Source: Paraspadella gotoi
Taxonomy: Eukaryota > Animalia > Chaetognatha
Reading direction: 5' to 3'
DNA: 64,000 bases
Assembly (NCBI GenBank): GCA_051294375.1
Contig: CM119263.1
Span: forward strand, 15,117,574 to 15,181,573
The notes beneath the pieces were generated by a model. That model was not told the DNA's origin, made no database searches, and saw only the letters and a list, made by a program, of their open reading frames with translations. Positions 38,488-51,866 of this stretch are shown one piece after another. Each line of letters begins with the position of its first letter. Position 1 is the first letter of the stretch. The position numbers and the translations under genes were made by a program.

Positions 38488-38930
38488 AGGGTGAATATTT
38501 TTTAGATCCCTAATTTAATATTGATAGAATATTTCTGTTTCTTTTTCTCCTTCCGCCATCCATCTCTACGTAGCATATTTTTCAACTCGCTGCTACGCCG
38601 AAATCTTGTTATTCAAAAAGTTATTTACGTTCAGGTAACAAACAATCATATGGATCGCATTTTTATTATACTATTGTTTTGAGTCAATGTTTTTAAAATT
38701 TTTTAAACTGTGTTTATTTTTTCTCTATTTTTGGTTAAGAATGTCAAAAATGTTCAGCTCTTTCATTCGCTTTTTATTTCAGTATTTACTAATCTAAAAC
38801 TTTCTTTCATTAAATAGTTGGCCATTACCTTTTTTCTATTTTTCTTTTCTTTTTCTTTGTTGACCTGAATCTTCGAGTTCTATTCGCCGCGATTCGGTTC
38901 AAGGGTGTTTTGATATGCTGAAGCGCAGAA
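38488..38930 (+). repeat. Diverged ~440-bp direct repeat, copy 2
   Basis: Colinear with 32848-33265. Confidence 0.85.
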
Positions 38931-41900
38931 TTTATCCATGCATCTCGAAATCTCGAACTNNNNNNNNNNNNNNNNNNNNNNNNNNNNNNNNNNNNNNNNN
39001 NNNNNNNNNNNNNNNNNNNNNNNNNNNNNNNNNNNNNNNNNNNNNNNNNNNNNNNNNNNNNNNNNNNNNNNNNNNNNNNNNNNNNNNNNNNNNNNNNNNN
39101 NNNNNNNNNNNNNNNNNNNNNNNNNNNNNNNNNNNNNNNNNNNNNNNNNNNNNNNNNNNNNNNNNNNNNNNNNNNNNNNNNNNNNNNNNNNNNNNNNNNN
39201 NNNNNNNNNNNNNNNNNNNNNNNNNNNNNNNNNNNNNNNNNNNNNNNNNNNNNNNNNNNNNNNNNNNNNNNNNNNNNNNNNNNNNNNNNNNNNNNNNNNN
39301 NNNNNNNNNNNNNNNNNNNNNNNNNNNNNNNNNNNNNNNNNNNNNNNNNNNNNNNNNNNNNNNNNNNNNNNNNNNNNNNNNNNNNNNNNNNNNNNNNNNN
39401 NNNNNNNNNNNNNNNNNNNNNNNNNNNNNNNNNNNNNNNNNNNNNNNNNNNNNNNNNNNNNNNNNNNNNNNNNNNNNNNNNNNNNNNNNNNNNNNNNNNN
39501 NNNNNNNNNNNNNNNNNNNNNNNNNNNNNNNNNNNNNNNNNNNNNNNNNNNNNNNNNNNNNNNNNNNNNNNNNNNNNNNNNNNNNNNNNNNNNNNNNNNN
39601 NNNNNNNNNNNNNNNNNNNNNNNNNNNNNNNNNNNNNNNNNNNNNNNNNNNNNNNNNNNNNNNNNNNNNNNNNNNNNNNNNNNNNNNNNNNNNNNNNNNT
39701 TCAACCTGGCCCGCAGCCGGAACGACCCTTCCTTTCTCTACCTTGAGGATGTAATCTCGATCGAAGCAACCTTCCGGATGTAACCCGACCAACGTGCTGA
39801 AGCCCGGATGAAAAGGACAAAGACGGCGGACCCCCTTTGGGTCTCTCCAAAGCCTCGGCGTAATCAGATTAATTGCGCGATTATTTCTTCGACTTTGCTT
39901 TTATTGCACATCCGATTTCAGAGGTGAAAGATTGGGGNNNNNNNNNNNNNNNNNNNNNNNNNNNNNNNNNNNNNNNNNNNNNNNNNNNNNNNNNNNNNNN
40001 NNNNNNNNNNNNNNNNNNNNNNNNNNNNNNNNNNNNNNNNNNNNNNNNNNNNNNNNNNNNNNNNNNNNNNNNNNNNNNNNNNNNNNNNNNNNNNNNNNNN
40101 NNNNNNNNNNNNNNNNNNNNNNNNNNNNNNNNNNNNNNNNNNNNNNNNNNNNNNNNNNNNNNNNNNNNNAGGAAAAAAAAAGAGGATTTAAAAGGATTTG
40201 ATGTCGAAATCCAGATTTGATGGAAAATTAAAACGAAGAAACGTTGTGGTTGTCGTCTTTGATGTTGTTGTTGTTGTTATTATTATTATTCTTTTTCTCG
40301 GAGTCCAAAAAGTAATAATTTCTATTTTCGATTCTTTTTTTTTTGTTGATAAGAAAAGTGTAGTAATTCGAGTGTTGATACTTGGTGTCAATTGATCGAG
40401 AGATATCAAAGGTATCAATGGTGTCAAACTTCTCAACACAAACGGCAACTGTGGCGTCAGAGATGGCGTCACCGGTGTTATAAATGAGGACGGTAACGTC
40501 GGGCGTGTCGTCGCTGGAAGTCAAAATTGGCGTCGGAGAATTTCGATGAAAATGGAAAAAGTCGTTTTTCCAGAAAAAAAGATTCGACGCCGACGAAAAT
40601 GAAATTCCGCATTGAAAATGGAGGAACGTCGCAAAAAAAGGAAATAAGAAGAGAGGAAAACAAGGAGANNNNNNNNNNNNNNNNNNNNNNNNNNNNNNNN
40701 NNNNNNNNNNNNNNNNNNNNNNNNNNNNNNNNNNNNNNNNNNNNNNNNNNNNNNNNNNNNNNNNNNNNNNNNNNNNNNNNNNNNNNNNNNNNNNNNNNNN
40801 NNNNNNNNNNNNNNNNNNNNNNNNNNNNNNNNNNNNNNNNNNNNNNNNNNNNNNNNNNNNNNNNNNNNNNNNNNNNNNNNNNNNNNNNNNNNNNNNNNNN
40901 NNNAATGGATTGGGGAGGGGAAGGGGGAAAGGAGTTAAGGAAGCGGCGCCTCCCTCCAAATTGGCTCGCGAGGGGTTTTTTTCTTTTTATTTNNNNNNNN
41001 NNAAAAATAATTCATAATATGTTAAATCAGGAAAAGAATCCTTTTAACCTGACACAATCAGTAAATTTTGTTAAATAAAATTAAAATGTAGTTGATAAAG
41101 CTCCGCGAGATGCCGCTTTTTTGTCGTCCGCGCATCTAAAGCGACGAGCGATGATTCGAGAGTCGACGCGTAGACTGGAAAGTTTTGTCTTTTGAGCGAT
41201 CGACCGTGAGGTGAGGCAACCGAGTGTGAATGGAGAGTGAGGAGGGGAGGATAAGGGGACTGAAGGGAGAGGCGACGCCAAATAACGAAGGGGAGATGTC
41301 TGGATGAAGAAAGGGATTGGTTAAGAAAGGAATATTAACGAAAAAAATGTATTAATTGAAAGAACTTTCTCTCAAGTTTAAAGAAATAAAGATGAAAGGA
41401 TATTTAAAAATTATCCGTTCACCATCTATTATGGTCGTTTTAACTAGTATAAAACACTTCTAGAACCCCGAAAGAAATTATTCACAGCCACTGCGAATAC
41501 GAGGGAATTAGAATTAGAGTGAAGGCGAAATAACGAGTTATGGAATTAATGCGGGCGTGGGAGGAAGAAATCGTAGCGATGATGAGAGACTAAATAATTG
41601 GAAATGGGAAGACTTTGGACATGGGAAGGGTTTTGATGGAGATTTCTGGGCCTGAGATTTTGGACTGGGTCACATTTTTTGGGGAAAATCTTTCTGAGAC
41701 CCTTTTTTTCGTTCGTTTTCAGTCCTGAAAGGAAACTAGCAGTTTTACGGGGCTCAAGTTACCCTTCGCCCCTTCTCTTTTACCCCTTACTTAACTGATG
41801 ACCCTTTTAAAACGATTACCTTCTCACTCGCTCCCTTCCCTTCCCGCCCTTTAGGTTTAGCCGCGGTCCCCCTTCCCGCTCTCAACAGTCTTTTTCCCAG

Positions 41901-42949
41901 AGACCTAATCCCCCCCAAATTTTTCAGATATCTTTCGACCCGGGATTTCTCCCGATCTCTCATTAGCGTCCGTCTTCATAAATGACACTTCGCAGCCGTC
42001 TTCTTTTTCATGGTCATCGTCGTCGTCTTCGTCGTCGTCTTCGTCGCCGCTGCTCGCTGACAGATTTGTTGAGTGTGGAGAGACAAGCGGCGAATTATCG
42101 TCGGGAGTGCCCGGTGGAAAAATTTGGGGAAAACCCAACCTCTTGAGAAAGGAGAAGAGGAGGAGTGAAAGGGTTAAGCGGGTGATAGGCAAGGGTGGTG
42201 ATCGGTGGGGGGTGCCTCCGGACCGTAGGTTAAGGGTTTAATAGGAACAACTCGATGTTTGACAAGAAACAAGAATAACAAAAAACCGTTGGGTGGAAAC
42301 CGACGAATGGTTCTTTTCGAAAGCTCTGTCAATTCGACATCGCTGTTTGTGTTTGAATTCTTTCCTCCTCCTCCTCCTCCTCCCCCNNNNNNNNNNNNNN
42401 NNNNNNNNNNNNNNNNNNNNNNNNNNNNNNNNNNNNNNNNNNNNNNNNNNNNNNNNNNNNNNNNNNNNNNNNNNNNNNNNNNNNNNNNNNNNNNNNNNNN
42501 NNNNNNNNNNNNNNNNNNNNNNNNNNNNNNNNNNNNNNNNNNNTCTCTTTCAAAATACCCAGGGTCCCAAGATTGGCGTTGGTGTGGCGTTAAAGACTCT
42601 CTCGGTTCCGGCGTCAAAAACCAAATGAGTGCCACACGAAATGGTGTCACCATTAAGTGCCACCGAGATCGATTGCCATTCGGTCTTCCGTTGCAATTTT
42701 CAGCCACTGATTCCTTCGCCGTCTCCCCTATTTTTTTCCATTTGGCGCCAATGGCTGGGACGACGACGATGATGACGACGATGACGACGATGCCGACGAT
42801 AACGACGACAACGCCGTCAAAGACGATTGGAAGAAGAAAAACAAATCCTAAAGAAAAAAAAGCGGGAAAAACCTGACGAGAAGAAGTTGAAACCCTGAGG
42901 GAGATTTCGACGGAACGGAGATGCAATGAAAACATAAACAAACGAGTCT

Positions 42950-43014
42950 TGTCGTCGTTGTCGTCGTCGTTGTCGTCGTCGTCGTCGTTGTCGTCGTCGT
43001 CGTCGTCGTCGTCG
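42950..43014 (+). repeat. (TCG)n trinucleotide microsatellite
   Basis: TCG/TTG array. Many shorter TCG/CGA runs occur throughout the window. Confidence 0.9.
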
Positions 43015-44197
43015 CTAACGAGGATGATCCATTTTCATTAACGCGATAACCGCGCCGACTCTATTTTTTTTTTTTCGTACAAGAATCGATTCGTTTCTCG
43101 CGACGGCGAATCGCGTTTGATTTGATTAGATGTCGTCGCGCATGGCGACTGCTCATTTGTTTCACTCGCACACTGAACAAGTGATAAATACTCTGATGCT
43201 TTGCGTTTAAAAACCCTTTTTAATTTTATATCGTGTTCGAGATGAGGAGAGAAGCGACCACGACGACGATGATAAAGACGACGACGAGCAATATACGAGA
43301 ACCATTGGGGAAAATCTTTGTCTTTATTTTCTTTTTTATTCGCTTCGGATTCTGGATGGTTTNNNNNNNNNNNNNNNNNNNNNNNNNNNNNNNNNNNNNN
43401 NNNNNNNNNNNNNNNNNNNNNNNNNNNNNNNNNNNNNNNNNNNNNNNNNNNNNNNNNNNNNNNNNNNNNNNNNNNNNNNNNNNNNNNNNNNNNNNNNNNN
43501 NNNNNNNNNNNNNNNNNNNNNNNNNNNNNNNNNNNNNNNNNNNNNNNNNNNNNNNNNNNNNNNNNNNNNNNNNNNNNNNNNNNNNNNNNNNNNNNNNNNN
43601 NNNNNNNNNNNNNNNNNNNNNNNNNNNNNNNNNNNNNNNNNNNNNNNNNNNNNNNNNNNNNNNNNNNNNNNNNNNNNNNNNNNNNNNNNNNNNNNNNNNN
43701 NNNNNNNNNNNNNNNNNNNNNNNNNNNNNNNNNNNNNNNNNNNNNNNNNNNNNNNNNNNNNNNNNNNNNNNNNNNNNNNNNNNNNNNNNNNNNNNNNNNN
43801 NNNNNNNNNNNNNNNNNNNNNNNNNNNNNNNNNNNNNNNNNNNNNNNNNNNNNNNNNNNNNNNNNNNNNNNNNNNNNNNNNNNNNNNNNNNNNNNNNNNN
43901 NNNNNNNNNNNNNNNNNNNNNNNNNNNNNNNNNNNNNNNNNNNNNNNNNNNNNNNNNNNNNNNNNNNNNNNNNNNNNNNNNNNNNNNNNNNNNNNNNNNN
44001 NNNNNNNNNNCCCCCTAATCCTTTCCTTTAATTTTCTACATTGTAGTTTCTCTCCCTTTTCTTTCTTTTCCCTATCCCCTTCCCATTTTCTCGTTCCCCT
44101 TTCAGTCTCCCTCCCCTCATTCCCGCCTCGGCATTTTCCCCGAGCAATTCCAGCCTCAACGACTGCGAAAACTCACTCTTTCGGGTGAATCCAGAGG

Positions 44198-44281
44198 GAG
44201 ACTTGAGACTTGAGACTTGAGACTTGAAAATCGAGACTCAATTCTCGAGACTTGAGACTCACGACTCGAGACCTGAGACCC
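44198..44281 (+). repeat. GAGACTT heptamer tandem array, degenerating 3'
   Basis: GAGACTT x4, then GAGACTC and GAGACCT variants. Confidence 0.85.
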
Positions 44282-45065
44282 AAAATTCAAGACAAGAAAC
44301 AAGAGACTAAAAAACAGAGATTAAAGACGATTTTATCAAAACTGAAGCCAAAATTTTGTGATTTAAAAAAAAAACCACGAGGTTTAAGGCCTTATTAGGC
44401 AGCTGAATCAAAAATCAAAGCAGAATCGATGCCCAAAATCCGATCGTGATATTTACAACGACTTCGAACCTTTTTACAACCGTCAACGATGACGACGACG
44501 ACGATTACGGAGACGATGACGACAACGACGACAAAATTTTAAGCTTGCCACAAGAGAAACTGCGTTGGCCGATTGGAAAGGTCTCGAACTTGAGCGATGT
44601 ACCTAGAGAAAACACACACGGGGGCCTAATGTATCNNNNNNNNNNNNNNNNNNNNNNNNNNNNNNNNNNNNNNNNNNNNNNNNNNNNNNNNNNNNNNNNN
44701 NNNNNNNNNNNNNNNNNNNNNNNNNNNNNNNNNNNNNNNNNNNNNNNNNNNNNNNNNNNNNNNNNNNNNNNNNNNNNNNNNNNNNNNNNNNNNNNNNNNN
44801 NNNNNNNNNNNNNNNNNNNNCTCTCTCTCTCTGTCCCTCTGGCTTTCTCCTAATTCTACATTTTTCCCCCACCTATCTGCACCCTCTCTCCCTCTCTGTC
44901 TCTCTCTCATCTCTGTCTCCCTCTCGCTAAAAACTCGGTCGAGGACCTCTGAGTCTGCAACGAAAGAAAAGTCATTACGCCGAATTCTATTTCATCCTCG
45001 ATGACTTTTTTCTCGAAAGAGAAAGAGACTTGTTTCTTTGTTTTACTCTGTAACGAAAGAGGAAT

Positions 45066-45189
<124 letters not shown>

Positions 45190-45662
45190 TAGGCAGGGAT
45201 TGAGATAAGGTGGAGACAGGAAAAAAAACTTTCAAGGAATATTTTTTGTCTCACGAGGGAGAAAGAAAAAAAGTAGAAAAGAGGGAGTTGGGGATTTCAG
45301 CGTCGAAATACGAGGAGATATATATCCATATATATCCACATACCCACCCACACAAACTCTTACTCACATCTGTATTCATTTACATTTACGCTCACTCTAA
45401 AAACGTAGAGACGACGGATTCTTGAAAACGACGAGATAAAAGTTGTGTGAGAATATAAATCTTTGAATGCCGGGGAAAGAATGCTGAGTTGAACTGAGGA
45501 TATATCATTGAGGAAATGGGGAAAGTCGAAAGAGTTACTTTATCAGGGTCGAAAAATCTTCTTAGAAAACAAAGCTAAATTTTTTTAAAAAATCAAATAC
45601 TATCAACAACTAAGATTTTAATATTTTTTTGTGATTAAACTTTGTTTCGTTGTGTTTTGAGG

Positions 45663-45835
45663 TATTTGAAATTAAAGACGAAGTCTTGATACATCAACGA
45701 TTTTATTTTTATTGTTCAGACAAGTTTCGGCTTTCATTCAAAGGACTGATGAAGGCTTGAATGAAAGCCTAAACTTGTCTGAACAATAAAAATAAAACCG
45801 TTGATGTATCAAGACTTTGTCTTTAATTTCAAATA
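45663..45835. mobile_element. 173-bp near-perfect palindrome, probable Penelope-like element terminal (pLTR) remnant
   Basis: TATTTGAAATTAAAGAC..GACAAGTTTCGGCTTTCATTCAA / TTGAATGAAAGCCTAAACTTGTC..GTCTTTAATTTCAAATA. Arms ~80 bp with few mismatches. The centre contains CTGATGA and AATAAA lies downstream. Confidence 0.7.
45746..45779 (+). ncRNA. Minimal type I hammerhead ribozyme motif (one core substitution in this copy)
   Basis: CTGATGA-A-GGCTT-gaatga-AAGCC-[T]AAAC-TT-GTC. The inverted arm reads GCCGAAACTTGTC and so preserves the canonical GAAA. Stem I pairing is imperfect. Confidence 0.55.
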
Positions 45836-47044
45836 ATATTTTTTTATATACTTAATGGGGTGAAAATTCACTGGTAAAATAGTTCTTTAGTTCTAGCTCG
45901 CTAAATAATTTCATCTCGGCTTAATAAATGAGGCAAAGAGTTTCGATTCGGCTTATTAAATGTGGCAGGTGTTGCGGCTATGGAGATTGGTTGCGTCGCT
46001 TTGCAGCGGAGACAAGCGTTGATTAGGGGCGGAATAAATTAGGACGCCAACTTTACGTCGACCGGCGGCGACGCCACCCCGACGCCACCGCCCCCCACGC
46101 CATCTTCCCCTTCCTCATTAACTACTCCTCAAAGCATCGCGTAAAGATCCTCNNNNNNNNNNNNNNNNNNNNNNNNNNNNNNNNNNNNNNNNNNNNNNNN
46201 NNNNNNNNNNNNNNNNNNNNNNNNNNNNNNNNNNNNNNNNNNNNNNNNNNNNNNNNNNNNNNNNNNNNNNNNNNNNNNNNNNNNNNNNNNNNNNNNNNNN
46301 NNNNNNNNNNNNNNNNNGTCGGAGGAGGCGCTAATCGTCTTTCTTTTCTTGAATCCGATCACAGATTAGTTTTTCTCTTGATTCTTCCAAAATCTTTTTT
46401 TGCAAGAATAAAAAATAATAAGAAAAAAAAAAACAAAAAAAAACAACAGTAGCAAGGATTGCAGGCTGATCCCGGAAACGACATGGTCAAATTTTACCTA
46501 TTGACTTAATTGTTTTTTAATTTTAAGAGATTTTAACTAAAAGTGAAATTCTTACAATTCGGAGGAATGAAATAGTGCCTAATTGTTAATGACACCGAAT
46601 CCTAGTATGATAACAGGTCAAGCCAAATAATAAATCGATCGATATGATCAGTTACTTATTTGCAAAGTTTATGGAAAAAAAAAAAAAATATAACCAAATC
46701 CCACGTGACTGCGAACGACGAGAGAAAAAATTCCTTCTCTCGAATTAAAAAACCTCATTTTTGGCAAAAACTCAAAAAACAGGAGAAAACATCTCGGCTT
46801 TCTGTTCCCAGCGCGGCCAAACCAAAATATGTATATATAAAGAAGAAAGAATTGAAGAAAGAAATTTGAACGGAGGAAAAAGGATGTTGAAAAGAATGAA
46901 AAAGAAAAGTTAAAGAAAAAAAAAGTGAGAAGGGGAAACTTACTGTTCTGCGGAGATCAAAAAAAAAGTATCAATGAAAATAGGTGAAAAGATAAAAATC
47001 GGGAATAAAAGGGGAGAAGAGAGAGGAGAGAGAGAGATAGAGAA

Positions 47045-47082
<38 letters not shown>

Positions 47083-47244
47083 ATAGGAGAGAGAGAGAGA
47101 GATCGGCCAAAACTTGTTCTCAAAAGGGAATTCCACTCTCGTAGTAAGGAAAAGGGGGAAAAGCCTCATTTTTTCTCCAGAAATAGTGAAATCGGGAAAG
47201 AAACCGAGAAAGAAGTGAAAGAGAGAAAGAAAAAAAGAAGAAAG

Positions 47245-47314
<70 letters not shown>

Positions 47315-50300
47315 AGAGAGTGGATGAAAAAAAAGCGAAGAAACAAGAAAAAAAGTAAGTTGGGCTGAAAGAAAAAAAAAGAAGCTCAAAGAAAAACAGC
47401 AGGAGAGGAATTAGCGGGAAAGGAGATAAGGAGGCGGTGCCTTTGGTCAATTCTTGCCTTCCAAGGAACGCCGGCGACGACGATGACGACGACGAGAACG
47501 TTAACATTGGAGATTACGACCGAAATGACGACGACAACGACGACAACAACGACGACAAGCTAATCTCGAAGCGACGAAGAAATATTTTTTTCCTATTTTT
47601 CGATCAGTTTTCCTCTTTTGGTCAACTTTAAGAAACGGGTTTTTTTTTTCGAACGGGGATCGTTTTACACAATATCCCGTCGTTCGCCCTCCTTTTCCTT
47701 GTCATTCGTTGTTGCGCTCTCATCGACGATTTTACTTAAAACTCGATATCTGCGTTTAGCCTTTCGTATCGAACCGAATTATATTTTTCTCCCGGTGAAG
47801 CCGTTGAGAAATCGAGGGAGAACGACACACGCAAAACAGGAGAGACGTGGTTAAATGATAAAGTGAAAGTAAATGTTTATTTAGGCGTCAGAAATACGTG
47901 TAATGAGTCTGAGGTTTAAAGCAATGACCCAGATATGTCGGCTTTTAAAAAATAAAACTAATTCGTAATCGTCGTTCGAAGCAGAAAAAGTCATACAGGA
48001 ATATTGATATCGCTAGATATTTAAATCCTTCAACAGCCTTTCCAGCTCCTAACCCAGCACCTTTCAAGATTTATCTCCAGCACCTCCGCGTTCTCTCAAC
48101 AGCAGCATCACATCCACCTGCGTCTTTAAAAACCGCGTAACGACGCCTCCAGTCGATTTCCTGTTAGCGGAGCTTTCGCCGCAGGTGGCGCCTTTGGTGG
48201 CACCAGGAGGCGGCGTCGTTTTGCACCAGGCGACGTCGTCGTTCGCGAGCGGCGACGCCGACGATGGCGACAGCGAATTTAAGCAAATCGGCGCCGGATT
48301 CCATTTTAATTAATGAAAGGAAATTGGAAAGAAAAAAAAACGCTAAACTTTTTTATTTTTTTATTTTCGAGACGCGAAAATTCTCGATCGTCAAAGTCAA
48401 AGCGTCGGTTTTTCAAACGACGCAAATTGATTAAATTTTTCGTCAAATTTCGATTTTCGAAAAATTTTTTAGGAAAAATTTGATACAAATCTGAGACGTA
48501 AGGTCGAAGCTTTCTCAAGCCTGGCGGTGGCTGTAACAACGATGAGTTGTGGTGGTGATTGAGTTGACATCGGTGAATATGGATAGGTTCCAATTCACGA
48601 ATATTTTTGTCCGAGCGACTTTCGTAACATCGGTCAGCATTTAACCTGAATCAAGCACTAGGAAAAAAATCCATTTGACATTGAGCGCAGACACTAAGAA
48701 AATGAAACATCCTTTGCGATTAATATCTTTGAGGCGCCAACTTACGCCAGCTCCAACAAGATTCCATTAATTCCGAGAAGAAAAAAACCTTTTTCTTTGA
48801 TCTGACAGAGGAAAGCGATTTACCTGCTAAGAAACCTTTCAAGTGTTTACTTATAATTTTTGCCAAATGTCTACCCATCGGTCCGTGTATCTTGCGTCTT
48901 ATTTTTACATATTAAACAGACGCCGTTGAGTTTTTCCATCTCTAATGACGGTTTGAGACTTCGTTAGTTATTAAAATTTCTAATTTAATTCGTGTAATCA
49001 ATTCGACAAAAAAAGGGGAAAACTGATTTTCTGCCGAATTCTAAATCCATCTCTTGCCCTAGAGCAAAACCAGAACCGACAACCCCTCTGCTTAAGTGAG
49101 AAATTTTCCGCCTAAAATTAACTAAAGAATAAAAAACAAAAGAATAAAAAAAAAAGAAAAACAGAAAACCAAAAAAAAAAAAAAAAACGTGAAAGAGAAA
49201 CGAGGAGGAAAATTTACTTTGCGGTTAACAATAAAGAGTCATCAGTCGGGACCCCCCTTGATAAATGAAGATAAATTATGAGTTGCTGTTTCGAAAAGGA
49301 AAAAAAAACCGCGAAAAGGAGAAGTTTGAGCCTAAGAAAGATGAATGGGAGAAGAGGGGGGCGAGCAGGGGGAGGAAGCAACGGTGGGGGGGATTGATTC
49401 GAAGAAAGACAGAGATGGGAAGGAAAAAGTCCCCCTTTTGAGAAGGAAAACGGATCACCTTGTCTCACTTACTCTCCGCTTCGCTTCGGGTCCGTCTCTG
49501 TTCCATATTTCCTTTTTCGAGTGTGAAGAGATAAAAGATAACAGGTAAGGGTGGAGTCGTAGGAGCTGGCTCTTTATCTCTTTTTCTCTTTCTATTCTCT
49601 CTCTCTCCTATCTCCCTCTCTCGCTTCTCTCTCGTCCTCCCTCTCATCTGCTCTCTTTACTGCTCCTCTCGACTCCGTTCTCACTCTCTCTCTCTCTCTT
49701 GAAATAGCGTCGGAGGAAACTGAATTTCGACGAACGATTTTGGAAAATGATTCGGAAAAAGCGATGAAATAAAACGTTTCCAGTTGCGAGGGAAGTTTGA
49801 TGGCGTTTCTGAGGGCGAGTGTGGCCGGAGTGCCAAAGTTGTGTCTCTCGAGAAGCTTTGGGAGAGTGAAAAATTTACGAGAGTGTTTGCGATACGGTGA
49901 GGGGTGCTCGGTTTTCGTCGAGGGGATTATAAAGGGAAAAAGACGTTGAAACGATTTGTTTTATTGAGAAAAGAAAAGGAAAAAAAAAAAGAAAATGGCG
50001 TTTGAGAGTGAATGCGACGAACCCGCGTGATAATGGGAGGAATCTTAAGTTTATGGGAAAAAATGTTACCGAGAAATTTGTTTGAGGTTTGACGATTTTT
50101 TTCCCCCCGAATGAAGGGACTCGTTTCGCGAGCGTGAGGCGCGGGGAGGTGGCAACGACGCAGTTGCTTTGGGAAAAAGACATTTTGAAAGAGGAAGCAG
50201 CGGCGGCGGCGGCGATGCTGCAGCTGCAGGTGGACCGGTAAAGGGTGAGGTCATGATTACGTTTGAATGGATGAGGTGTAACGTTGATGGCTTTGCATCG

Positions 50301-50673
50301 GCGAGGTACTAGACATTAGGGTGTGGTTTGTCTGTACTGTTTAAAATTGATAGGGCTGACATTGACGGCAATGGACAGGGTGGTGTCATTCTATCAGCGG
50401 TGTTGGCGGGAATGGAGATTGGCTCGGATGAGAACAAATTGATCATGTCTTCTGCTAAATCTTTTGGGCGCCGCCATGGTGAAGAAGGAATTCTAAGATG
50501 GAATGGAAAATGGGAGAAGACGAACGCGGGAAATGGTGGAGGGGGGGAGTAGAAGGAGAGAGAAAGTGGACAAAAAGAAAAAGGATCAAAAAGATATAAG
50601 GATAAGAAGGTAGTAAAGATAACACAAATTTTGGTCAAAGGGATGAAAAACTGGAAAATACCTAGGGCAATAT

Positions 50674-50707
50674 TGAGCAATGAGCAATGAGCAATGAGCA
50701 ATGAGCA
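50674..50707 (+). repeat. TGAGCAA heptamer x5
   Basis: Directly visible. Confidence 0.9.
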
Positions 50708-51428
50708 TTCTGCAAGGTTTACTGTGCAGTTCTAATAGTTTCACATTGCACAATGCACTTTGCATCTCCTTGCTTTTGAGAGTTACGAGGACGAGCAGCG
50801 TAATGTGTATTGTATATATATTTTAGAAAATTATATGAAAGTTGCAAAATTATATACGTGAATGTAGATAAACAAATAACAAATAGCGTATAATACGTAT
50901 CAACAGAAAAATATAAAAGTCAGACATCTTAAAGTAGTCGAAGACGAAAGAGAAACGACAATGATTACGACGACGACGACGACGACGACTATGAAGAAAA
51001 AGACGTCGAATACAAATTTGCGGACAACCAAACGATAAAGAACAAATAACAACACAGTCAAAGATGAGCCTCATCGACCCCTAGCGGTTATTGAAGCCAT
51101 TACGCTTAGCGTCGGGAGTCAGTAGTTCAAGCAGCGGCCTCTGTTTGAGATGGAACAAATAAAACCGAGGGCGTTTCAGGTCGCTTGAATAAAGAGAAGG
51201 GAAGGGTGGTCTGGTTATGTGAAAATGATAGGACAGTCGATGGCTGCCTTGAAATTAACACGAACTTGTGACCATGGCCGGCAATCACAACAAAAACAAC
51301 AACTGCAGGCGGCGACACCGACCAAGAAAACCGTTTTCGTCTCTAATGGTCGGACCGAACTCTCTCGACGAAAGAGAGAAACATTTGGAAGAAGAAAACA
51401 GTTAAAAGAAGCGAGGAAAGGGCGGAAA

Positions 51429-51482
<54 letters not shown>

Positions 51483-51800
51483 GAGAGAGGCGCATCTTTA
51501 ATTCTCGGGTTGAAAACAAAACTTTATCGAGGGCCAATTAGATGATTGAGATTCGTAGGATGCAATCGGTACATGTCGCCTCAGGCTCTTTGCATGATGG
51601 CAAGGTGCTGCGTGCGAAATTGGTCCATGAGCTGCGTTCTCGGGTCGGCCGAAAAAGATGACGACGACGACGACGACGACGACGAAGGGGAGAACTCGAA
51701 AGTCCCGAATGATTTGTGTGGGAAACTAGTTCAAGGTCCAATCCGTTCGGATTACAAGAATGGATTAATTACAGGGCGAACGAGAAAAAAAGTGGGGCGG

Positions 51801-51866
<66 letters not shown>

